A stretch of DNA of 64,000 nucleotides, from NCBI GenBank assembly GCA_904063045.1, contig CAJFCJ010000015.1:1247034-1311033 (forward strand). Reading direction: 5' to 3'. Of this stretch, positions 27,556-38,120 are shown piece by piece. The DNA comes from Dimorphilus gyrociliatus. Taxonomy: Eukaryota; Animalia; Annelida. Position 1 is the stretch's first letter; the number at the start of each line of letters is the position of its first letter. Both the position numbers and the translations under genes were made by a program. The notes under the pieces are model-generated. The model had not been told where the DNA came from. It saw only the letters and a program-made list of their open reading frames with translations, and did no database searches.

Positions 27556-29531
27556 TTATTCGTCAACAAAAAAACATTTAGACATTTTTTTGTCCGCTCA
27601 GGATGAAATTAAGTAAATCGATACGAGTTGCTATTCCATAGATCATTGATTTCTTAACTTGGCTTCCGCATGATTTATCTGTTGGAATGAGGAAGTCGTT
27701 ATCAGATAATAATTTCTTAAGAGATATAAAAACTTACAAAAGCGTTGATCGTGAACAACAACGACGAAATGATCCGTGTCCAGCATTCTAGAAAGATTGT
27801 AAAGAGAAGAACTGATATTGATCGTCTTAAATTGCCTGAATAGAGCTTTGTGAACGGGTTCGCTAGCCTTAACTTTCCCCTTTACCATTAAAGAATGGAT
27901 GTGGCCAAGTGTTACCATTCCCATAACCTCTCCAGCATCATCAACAACAGGCATTTGGTCAAAGCCGTCTCTGTTTAGGATTTGTAATGTTTCTTCCAAT
28001 GACACGTCCGGGTGAACCGTGACAGCCGCATCTAAATTTAATTGAGTTACTTTTAGATCAGCCCACCAGGATTTCTTTGCGTCATCTTCTAATTGTTCCT
28101 CAATAAAACCTCTTTCCGCCATCCATTCGTCAGCCAAAAACTTGGACATGTAATTACGCAATGAATCAGGTAAAATAACTACGCATCTTTGGCCTTTCCC
28201 CAATTTGTAATGTTGAATAGCTTTAAGAGCAGAAGCCATTATGGCGCCTGAGCTACCACCGCATAATAATCCCTCCTCTTTAATCAATCGGCGACACATA
28301 AGGAAAGATTCTTTATCCACAGATTTGTACCACTTATCAACCAACTTTTTATGGAAAAGGGATAAAATATTGTGTTCCTAATGAGTATTATATCAATTTT
28401 TAGAAAAAAATAACTTACAGAACGATCCAAAACCGTTGGAATGAAATCATATCCTATACCCTCTATTTCGTACCCAGTTATTTCTGTCTTGTTCAGTTCT
28501 TCAGGTTCAGCAAGAATCGATCCAAATGGATCAACACCAACCACCTTCGCATTAGGACAAACCATTTTAATTTTTCGACAAATTCCAGTAATTTGTCCCC
28601 CAGTTCCAGCGCCACAAACCACTAGGTCGACCTTGTCTATAAAATAAATAAATAGAATGATGAGAAAACTAGCAATAAAAGTAAACTGACTATCGCAAGC
28701 ATCCAATATCTCTTGTGCTGTTCCATCGAAATGCGCCAGAGGATTACTTTCATTTCTGTATTGATCCAATATATGGCTGTTCGGGATCTCATCTAACAAC
28801 TTTTTCGCAACGCTTACATGTGATTCAGGAGAATCAAATGAAGCTGATGTCGGGGTTCTGACGATTTCAGCACCCAAGGCTCTTAACACGTTCACCTTCT
28901 CCATGCTCATCTTCTCCGGCATAACAATAACACATCTGTAGCCCTTTACAGCACAAGCCAAAGCTAATCCAATTCCGGTGTTACCGGAAGTCGCCTCGAT
29001 AAGCGTATCACCGGGCTTTATCCTACACTTTGCTTCAGCATCTTGTATCATTCTTAAAGCAATTCTGTCCTTGACCGACCCTCCAGCGTTGAAAAATTCA
29101 CATTTGGCAACTTAAGCGTAAAATTTCCAATAATTAAGATTGTTCACTTAAAGAATGTAATCAACTTACGCAAATCGCATTGAATGCCCAAACTGTTTCC
29201 TATTGAGTTGACCTTTACGAGCGGCGTATTCCCGATAGCATTCAAAATGTTTGGGAGAATCTTGATATTTCTTTCACTAAAAATTAGATAAATTCATGAG
29301 ATGAAAAGATAATCATCATGTTTAAAAACACTAACCATTTTTTATGAATATGTGGAGAATCTTTCAAAGAATTTCCTAACTCGAAAGTACATCTGCGTGA
29401 TATGAATGACTTTTTATCTTATCTATTTACATGTCATATAAAGCGATTACGAACTTTTGAGGAAGATCCGGTCTAGCCCAAGTAACATTTCCGTCGGAAT
29501 CCTTTAGGGTTGCACTGAAGTCGAAACTCAT
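27556..29531 (-). CDS. CBS: Cystathionine beta-synthase (heme- and PLP-dependent, with CBS domains)
   Basis: Heme-ligand pair in RPDLPQK|[14 protein letters not shown] (Cys...His 13 residues apart), [15 protein letters not shown] (PLP Lys), [42 protein letters not shown], Bateman module, final exon [12 protein letters not shown]...VDE*. Confidence 0.97.
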
Positions 29532-30344
29532 TGACTGGAATTAGTTGTTTATATATATTGTAATGCTGTGTAATTGATGTTATGCATATATATGCATGTA
29601 TAACATCATTTACTCGTTTAACTAAAAATAGTATCTATGAAATCGATAATGTTTCAAAGTTGGACGAATGATCAGTTTTCACAACTAGGACACGTTAAAA
29701 ATTGGTAGATATGTCAGATCAAACAAAAAGTAATTAGGTTTTTTAATAACATTTCCGAGGAATTTTTCAGTAGCACCATACCCCTTATAAAAAAAGCATA
29801 TCGAATTATCATTTCTGGCTCAAGAGCTGGTCAAATTTATCTGTTAACTGCGTATTATCATCTATAAGCAGATCAAACTCTTGTCCTACAAATTTAAAAG
29901 CATGCTGCCTGTAAACTCTAAGGCAGAAATATACCTGTCTGGACTTCATGTTCTAGATGGATTATATAATGTTTAATATTTTAAACTTGAAAACAATTAA
30001 TGACAATTTTAACATACCAAATAATAGCTCAAACTTTAATTAACGAATTAAAGATACACTGCGAAATAAGGTAGAAACTATAGCACAAAGACGGCACTGA
30101 TTGTAATTGAAAAAATTCTTTTGCAGAAAAGAAAGGGAAAATAAAACAATCACAGTATGTAATTACATACGCTTAGAAAGATTCGGCCTTGAATATGTGA
30201 ATAACGTAAAACTGATTCTGATAAGAAACAATGACACGTGGGATGTCACGTGAATTTTACGTTCCAATAATAGGTGGCGTTATCAATTTTCTATTATCAT
30301 CTGTCAACGCCGTTGGCCTTAATATAACATTCTACATTTCCATT

Positions 30345-31111
30345 ATGACATCTACTGAAGAAAAAGTAGCTAACATATTTGGCCTCTACGAAAAATATGG
30401 CACAGAGAATTATATTGGTGAAAAAGTAACTCAAATAGAACATGCAACGCAATGCGCAATGTTAGCCGAAAAAGCTGGGGAATCGGATGAAGCAAGTCTT
30501 TTCTCTCTTTTTCTTTTTCTTTCTTCCTTGCTTTTTTCAACTTTCTCTTTTATCAATAATTTATTGAAATAGCATTTGTTGACTTCCATAGACGATATTA
30601 GCGGCCTTTTTACACGACATTGGTCATTTGATTGGTCAGGACGATTCGAATTTCAAACCGATGATTACTGGCGAAATTCGACTGGGAGCAAAACGTCACG
30701 AAGAAATCGGAGCGGATTTCCTGGAGAACTTAGGCCTAACTAACAGCTTTACATCAATAATTAGACATCATGTGAACGCAAAACGTTATCTCTGCTATAA
30801 AAATATGACATATTTCAAAAGTCAGTTTATAGATAATTAAATATTTTCATTATTCTTTCTTTTTTGAAAGAAATCTATAAATATATCGATAATTTTTCTT
30901 TATAGAATTATCAGACGCAAGCAAAATGACATTAGAGCATCAAGGCGGCAAGATGACTGGTCCAGAAGCGGAAGAATTCGAAAAGCATCCAAAATTTAAC
31001 TCTATTCTAAAAATGAGAGGATGGGATGAGGAGGCTAAGGTGGTTGGAATGAAAATTGATCCTCTACATAAATACCAACGATTAATGATAAATTATCTAA
31101 GTTCCTTGTAG
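30345..31111 (+). CDS. phnZ: PhnZ/TmpB-like HD-domain diiron oxygenase (organophosphonate C-P cleavage family), ~193 aa
   Basis: Exons 30345-30491, 30592-30820 and 30906-31111 total 582 nt. Motifs: YIGEKVTQIEHATQCA, ILAAFLHDIGH, RHEEIGA, HHVNAKRYLC, LSDASKMTLEHQGG, MRGWDEEAK. Family recognised from motifs; the activity is inferred. Confidence 0.85.
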
Positions 31112-31390
31112 CCAATACAAAAAAAATTTGATATAATTAAAACGAAACTATATAAATGTATAGTATTTATATTCTTCAATTAACAAATCGATAATAATGT
31201 ATTAACTACCCTCAAGGTCATATAGGCTTTTCGAAACAAAGTAAATCTAAACAATCCAAACTATGCAGTCTTTAGTAGTCTAAATGACTCACAATATTCG
31301 CTACTGCCCTCTACAACAATTGAATTATAATTGAAACTGAGAAGTATTCTGTCTTGATTTACAGACCAAGTTTGAGATTTGCCACACAAT

Positions 31391-31936
31391 ATGAGTAATT
31401 ATCGTCTTTTACGAAGAGAAGTTGAAGATAGTGAAAAACGTATTGAAATTAAAGTTTATCGAACTACTAGGGGTGTCAGACATGTTGGATTTGCTGTTTT
31501 TATTGATGATAAATGGAGGTACACACTGGATTATGGACCAGCTGATTATATATTAGGAATCATTGGGTCAAGAGCCCAGATTAAAGTAAATATCATGTCC
31601 GATAAGCCTACAGATGTAAAAACCGCTGGAATTCAATATTTATATACCCGAAATGAGCCTAACTGGAAACAAAAAGCCTTATCTAAAATAGACGAACTTT
31701 TACAACCCACAAACGAAATTTACAAACTTTTTAGTACTAATTGTTCAAATGAAGTTCGACAAAAAATAAATAAGGATGACCCAGGTGGAAATCAAATTCT
31801 TAAAGAAGCAGAAACGATTCAGTCGGGTTTGATTGTTGGTGGTGCCGTCGGTTGTGCTATAGTTGTAGGAGTGTCAGCGTTGGTATCACGTCATTTGAAA
31901 AAGGACAAAGAAAAAGAAAGGGAAACCCGTTATTAA
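31391..31936 (+). CDS. Intronless permuted papain-like (PPPDE/DeSI/LRAT-like) protein with C-terminal TM helix
   Basis: Single ORF (ATG 31391). IEIKVYRTTRGVRHVGFAV...LDYGP and YKLFSTNC resemble the His...Asn-Cys motifs of permuted NlpC/P60 enzymes. Hydrophobic LIVGGAVGCAIVVGVSALV is followed by a basic tail. Confidence 0.65.
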   Translation: MSNYRLLRREVEDSEKRIEIKVYRTTRGVRHVGFAVFIDDKWRYTLDYGPADYILGIIGSRAQIKVNIMSDKPTDVKTAGIQYLYTRNEPNWKQKALSKIDELLQPTNEIYKLFSTNCSNEVRQKINKDDPGGNQILKEAETIQSGLIVGGAVGCAIVVGVSALVSRHLKKDKEKERETRY

Positions 31937-32887
31937 AGATAGACTCTATATTTCTCAAAATTAAGCAATTTAAATGATATGATATAATATGATAATTCTA
32001 ACAATAACACGCTAGATAAGAGAGTTGTCCTTATATATATATATATATGTATCATTGATCAGAGTTAGGCATAATCTATTCATTGGTCCATATAATTAAT
32101 ATTTTATTCTAACCATTTCTTCCATCATTTAAAAGGGATTGATGCACTTGAAGTTGTAGAATTTTTAACTGGCTCTAAGCATTAAAATAAACTATAAAAA
32201 AAAAAAAACAGAAAAAATCAATTAATTTGTTGGAGAAAACTTGGAAAAGCCAAATAGAGTAGAAACTCTTACAAACGACGCCCTTCGTATTTAACGGTCC
32301 TACACTATTGATTAGTTAGTTACTGTGGCGTTGTATCTGTCGGTAAGTTTACGCTAAAATAAATAATGCTTTGTAGGAGACTAGGGTAGTTTTCACTCGT
32401 GCTGTTTATAACCGATAACGGAAGAATATTTTATGCACTTCCGTTTTACTTTCCTTTTTCTTGTTCTTACGTTGAACGATCAGCTGTATTTTATGGATAG
32501 ATAAGTCGTTGACCTGACTCAGCAGGGAAAGGTGGAAGTGGGAGAGGGGAAATGACCTTATGGGGGTTGCTGACAATGTCAATAATATATATTATAGTTT
32601 GCTGTGGAAGATCGATACAATCTGGTTCCTTCTTTGACCAGCATTAAACAGATGCCAACAAATGATTCTAAATTTCCTCTATTAATCATTTATACCGTAG
32701 TTTTTCTAGCCTTAAAAAGATGTAGATGATAATTTTTCCATTTCTCACACAAACTATTCCCCATATAGGAACATGGACGATTAATGAGGTAGATTATCTT
32801 AGATATTTGGAATAAATATACAATAAATCAGAAACGTATTAATTATGATTCTTACCGCGAGATGTCGCCAGTGGTTGGTCCTAAAAA

Positions 32888-33596
32888 ATGGACGATATAG
32901 GGGAGGAGAAGAAATTACAAGGCTTGCTAAATGGTATTTTTAAGAGAGATTACCAGGGTCAAGAGGAATATAATGATGATTTCTTATATGAGCAGTTATA
33001 TCAAAATTTAGATCGAAAAGAATTTGACGATTTTATTAGGAAATTAAGGGGTATTGTGAACGTAAGTTTTGTCCCTTTAGTCGTATAATTTCTTTAACAA
33101 CTCCTTTGAAAATTCAGAGCATGGCTAATACAAATATGGATCAGGACCAGGCAGAAACGTTTCTTAAAGCTCAAGCAAAAAAAAGGGGGGGCGTTATAAC
33201 ATCAGACCGTGTGGAGGTTGTCTTAAAATTCTGGCGAAACCACAAAGAGAAAATACATTCACAGATAATTTCTCGCACTAATTGGAATGGTTTAACCAAA
33301 TGGAAATTAGATATAAACTCATATAGTTCAACAAAAATAATAAATCAGCCAGTGGCAGTCCTACAATTTGATACAAAATCTGATAATAATCAGGTAAAAA
33401 AGAAATAAACACATTTCATAATTCACTCTGAAAATTTATTTTTATTTCAAAATTATTTCATAAAATTAAGCCAAAAAATTGTTCATTTCCTATACAGAAA
33501 GAAACGTTACGGGTAGAGATTGATGGCAAGGCCATGCACAACGTTCTCGAACAATTGGATAACATTGAGGACCAATTGCAAAAACTCGGTAACTGA
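32888..33596 (+). CDS. COMMD1: COMM domain-containing protein 1, ~182 aa
   Basis: Exons 32888-33061, 33118-33393 and 33498-33596. LQGLLNG...EQLYQNL..KEF..FIRKLRGIVNSMANTNMD..QAETFLKAQAKKRGG-ITSD..VVLKFWRNHKEKI tracks human COMMD1 along its length. Confidence 0.92.
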
Positions 33597-33996
33597 GTAA
33601 TTATTAGTGTGTACATAATAATTGCAACAAATAATATTTAGTCTATTAATAAACTAAATTATAACAATTATCTTATAATAAAAACAGCACCGCTGTAAAA
33701 AAAAACACATTTCTCATTCAATCAAAAATTCTCTTCTTCAGAAATGCTAAAAAGTATCTTTTAAAGATCCAATATTTTCTACTCTTGGAATGATTTCTTT
33801 TTAATGCCTTTTAAAATGTAAAACCAAGCTTTAAAATGAAAAAAAAAAACAATAAATAAAACACAGATAAAAGTCGATTATAGCGACTAGAAAGCATCCA
33901 AGTTGAGGTCTCATCATTATTATTCGTTTAGAACAGAATAAAATGGAATATCTTTTGAAATATAAAACCATCAAGCTCGCATCGTATATATTATGT

Positions 33997-34816
33997 TCAA
34001 ACGTTACGTTCTGGTTCAAGAGCTCTGCTTCGATCTGCTACATCATCATTTTCTTCTTCAAGCTTTCCACCTATAAATTCGGTTTATTTTAGATTGTAAT
34101 GATGAATATTATATAAGAAATAATTACTTGCTACTTTGTCAGTTGTTCTAAATCTTAGTGTGTAAGTTAAAGCCAGAGCAATCAGACCAAACGTTGCACC
34201 AACGCCAACAAGAATGCAAGTTAGGAGAGGCAAGTTATGAGGCAATTCACTGTCAACTGCGACAGAAATAAGTAATTAACGATATATTCTGATATGTATA
34301 TATTATATTTACCAATGTAGGCAGCCATTGTTTTAAGTAGTACAACAGTTTCGCCGTCATCTTCAACAAGTCTGGCTACTTCGCAAGAGAATACACCTGT
34401 ATGATTAACAATTGTTGGGTGCAGGGAAATGGCACCTAATCGCTGATGTCGAATACTGTTTGCAAAACGTCTTCCGGCTGGCGATGGCGCAGAAAAACCG
34501 CCTTTAGTAAAGCTTGAAGAGAACTGAACATATATAGGCTGGAAATTATGACGCCACGAGACTTGTAATAAACCATCAGTCGAGTTCTCCAATAAATCTG
34601 TACAATCCAACCATAAAACGGAACCAGCAGTGGCGGTCAAAAACTGCTTGACAGCTAGGATATTTATAATAATAATAAAGCGATTAATATAATTTAAATA
34701 GCAACTTAATTAGCCGTCTTACATATTATTGTCGGTATCCTCCCACGAATGTAAAAAGGTAACTGTAAGCTCTGGGCGATAAATAGTACAAAGAGTAATA
34801 CAGTAATAATAATCAT
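33997..34816 (-). CDS. Orphan single V-set Ig type I membrane protein
   Basis: Signal-like MIIITVLLFVLFIAQSLQL, Ig exon (LWLDC...LQVSWRHNFQ...GAISLHPTIVNHTGVFSCEV), TM exon LLTCILVGVGATFGLIALALTYTL, short acidic tail ending ...EPERNV* at 33997. Introns are phase-1 GT-AG. The start codon is uncertain. Confidence 0.75.
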
Positions 34817-34925
34817 CTGGAATACGACATGGCGTCTTGGAGATTCCCTCTTTTGCGGATACAAGCGCGTCTCTGACGTTTCTGAGTGATTAAAAATGAA
34901 CATTAATTTCTAAGCAATTGGAGCA

Positions 34926-36298
34926 TCATCTTTTTTTTCCTTTACCCTTTTTCTCCACCAATTTTTCTGTCAAATTTTTATTATCATTATCATCAGCAGT
35001 AACTGTTTTATTATAGTCTATATTATGATTAAAGCCATTCTTTCCTTTGGTATACCCATTCTTTTTATTGCAATGATTCTCATTTATGTTATGATTCGTT
35101 TCAGTTACATGCACTTTAACAGATTTCTCCTCTTCCCTCGAAGGGATATGAACTGCAATAAGCATAAAAAAACACATGCAAAGATGCCAAATGCAAAAGT
35201 TTAGGCTTAAAATAAACAATTTGCTTTTCTTTTTTTTTGCACTTACCGTCCAATTCTAAGTTTTTTCTTTGGCTTGCAAAACAAACTAGAGCTACGACAA
35301 AAACTCCCCCCATAATCGCTCCAAAAATAACCAGAGGAACATCGCGTGGATGCAAGCCACTTAGTTCAGGGAAGATATCGTCTTGGTCAGGTATTTCAGG
35401 CATATCTTCTGGACGTACATCCAGAACGAAATGTAATGCTGAAACATGTTTCTTGCCATTGAAAGTTGGGTGGGTAGCTACGCAACGGAATCGGGAATTG
35501 TTAGCTTTTGAAGTGACAAACAGGTGGGTAACAGAGGCCATTGTATAATCGGACTTGGCAAATGCATCCATTGGAATGGGAACATATGAGTCATTTGGAG
35601 TGTCTGCTGATGTGGCCTCCCATCGTAACATGACTGGAGGCATTGCATATGGAGCTGAACAAGTAAAACTTCGAACTAGACTTGGATTAGTAACTTTGCC
35701 ATGTCTCGGAAAGAGATTTGGTACCTTAACTGCCGGTGGAACGTGTACATTCACTTTTATAGAAGATCTTGTGCCGCTAAAAGTCGTGCAATACCAAATA
35801 CCATTATCATTTGGAAAAATAGTTCTCTTTATATGAAGATTATATTGAAGAAGAGAATGATTTCCACGTATCTCCATTCTACCTCTATTCAAAAAGTCAA
35901 TTGTTCGATTATGAGCAATAATTGAATTCATGTTCGATTCCATCCACATAGGTACGCCATTCATGCTTGAATCAGGTAAAAGTTTCAAGGAGCAGTTTAA
36001 CGTAACACTTTGGCCCTCAGTAACATTTATTTCCTTTTCTTTTATATCGGTTGTTTTTATACCCAATTTTCCATTAGCTAAGTCTTTCAGAGTTTGTATG
36101 TCCATATCGGGATTTGGAAATACAGCTTCTACACCCGTTATTGAAGGAACTAAATATATAAAATATTCAGTTATACAGTAATTGAAGTAGAATTGAAAAC
36201 TGTATTTTAAATTACATACCGATATGATAGCAGACCCAAGTGAGCATTACATAAATCAGAAGACCCAGAGTATTGCATTGATTGAGAGATTCTGTCAT
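34926..36298 (-). CDS. Two-Ig-domain (V-set + C2-set) type I membrane protein, nectin/CADM/Kirrel-like fold
   Basis: Signal exon MTESLNQCNTLGLLIYVMLTWVCYHI (ATG 36298). VTEGQSVTLNCS...YNLHIKRTIFPNDNGIWYC; FTCSAPYAMPPVMLRW...NNSRFRCVATHPT; TM LVIFGAIMGGVFVVALVCFA; basic tail ends at 34926. Confidence 0.85.
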
Positions 36299-37323
36299 TA
36301 TTCTAGGTCAGATTTCCGTTAAGTAAGCAAAATATTAATAGTTGAAGGCCCAGGCTCTATTAAAAACGAAAAAAAAAATTCCAAACATTACGAAATAGTT
36401 CTCTGTATTTTTCTTTTTTAAGTAGAAATTTCTTTGTAATTCCTTTGTTTTTATCTCAATAACAGAGAGAGAGAGACAAAGTTTAAAGAAAATGGTTCAA
36501 CTACGCAGATATAAGAGTATCGTTTTTCAAACTTATAGTAGCCTACGACATAAACAATAACAATTCTATAGTTCGCCTACTTTTAAAACATAGAGATATT
36601 GTTGAGTTGATCGAATGAAGATCAGCACTCTTCTAGTGACTACACACTAAGAAGAGATTAAATATATGACGTAAAAGTATTTATACACACCAAGTACAAT
36701 CTAAAAGGGGAGATGGATAGTTAATTATTGTTGTAGAAGCCGGTATTAAAATCAGTTTAATCTGTACAACATACTAATTCCTCGATATATATAGATAAAA
36801 TTAATTAATATCTGTTTTTCTGTTTCCTATCCGTAGCCGGTTACTAGGTTCTGTTGTAGAATTTATTGGCCGCGCCTTTTCATAAAATAATATTTACCTC
36901 CTGAATAAAGGCAAACAATCAAAAGATCGGGTTTTTAAATAAGATGTCGGTGGTATTCCGATCCTGTTTCGATCGTTCGTTATCGTCTACACATCAGAAT
37001 GTATAGAGAAAATCGCTTCTGATTTTATTCTTTACATTCAAACAAATATCGCCAGAGACCTTCCGATTCCTCCTCGACCAATCGTGCCCCTTTTGTCATT
37101 ATTTGTTATCGCAACGCCTATTGGCCGATTTTTAATTCATTAGTAATCACAAAATGCTCTTCCTATTATTTGCTATATAACTATGGTCGAGAAATTGTTT
37201 ATTAAGAAAAAGTAAAATGTATAATTTTCCCTTTAAATTTTTTTTTACTAAAAAATGATTTATTGGCTTATTTGGTTGAAAAGTATAGTTTTAACCTCCA
37301 TATGACTTATTGACGCTGACTTG

Positions 37324-37424
37324 ACTGCCATCTGGAGTTTTCTCACTAAAGAGGCATAGAATGGGGGCGTAAAAATTTGATACCACTTTTGAGAGATTTA
37401 TAGAAAACTCGATGCTGCCATCTG
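37324..37424 (-). promoter_or_regulatory. Pair of CTCF-like motifs (CCAGATGGCAGT, CAGATGGCAGC)
   Basis: Consensus matches in the divergent intergenic region between the Ig gene and the mucin/sushi gene. A third, weaker site lies at 37919-37927. Confidence 0.45.
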
Positions 37425-38120
37425 CCGCTTCATTGTTTCAGTTAATAAATCAAAAAAGATTGCACCTCTTGAATCTTTTTTCAGAACGGTACAGCTGGCA
37501 CAAAAATCTTTGAATACTATTAACTATTAGCATTTACGATTGTTTAAGACATTTAAAGCTTTGAGAAAAATGGCGAAATAAAGATGAGCACTCTTTTAGC
37601 GACTACACACTTACACGTAGAATGAAAATGTTATCCTTTATATTTTCCTTTTTATTGTAAAAATTATGAATGAAGTGAAACGATTCGCATAAAAATAATT
37701 CACATGGAACGCTTCTTATACAAAGAACCAAATGTTAAAATAGTTAATAACAATTCTTAATACTGTACATATTGTATATTGAATTCAGTTTTATATAAAA
37801 TCTATCTATTTGGTTCACGACACTTGACACTGTATAACTTTATAGTCGATACAAATGTAGTAGGACAGAGGGCGTCTCTTATTGATGTCATAAACTGAGA
37901 TTTATATAAAACTCGAAATGCCATCTATCGTTCTATATTTCTTTTTGAATAAAACAATGATCAACATTTAAACTGATTGAATTTTCCTAGAACTCCTGCG
38001 TGTGTAAAGTATGAAGTCTACAGAAAAGATTAATTACATCATTTTAACTTTGCTATTTCATTTCTGTGATTTCAAATACTTTTTTTTAAATGTTCACTCT
38101 TAACTTAATTCTATATCCAG

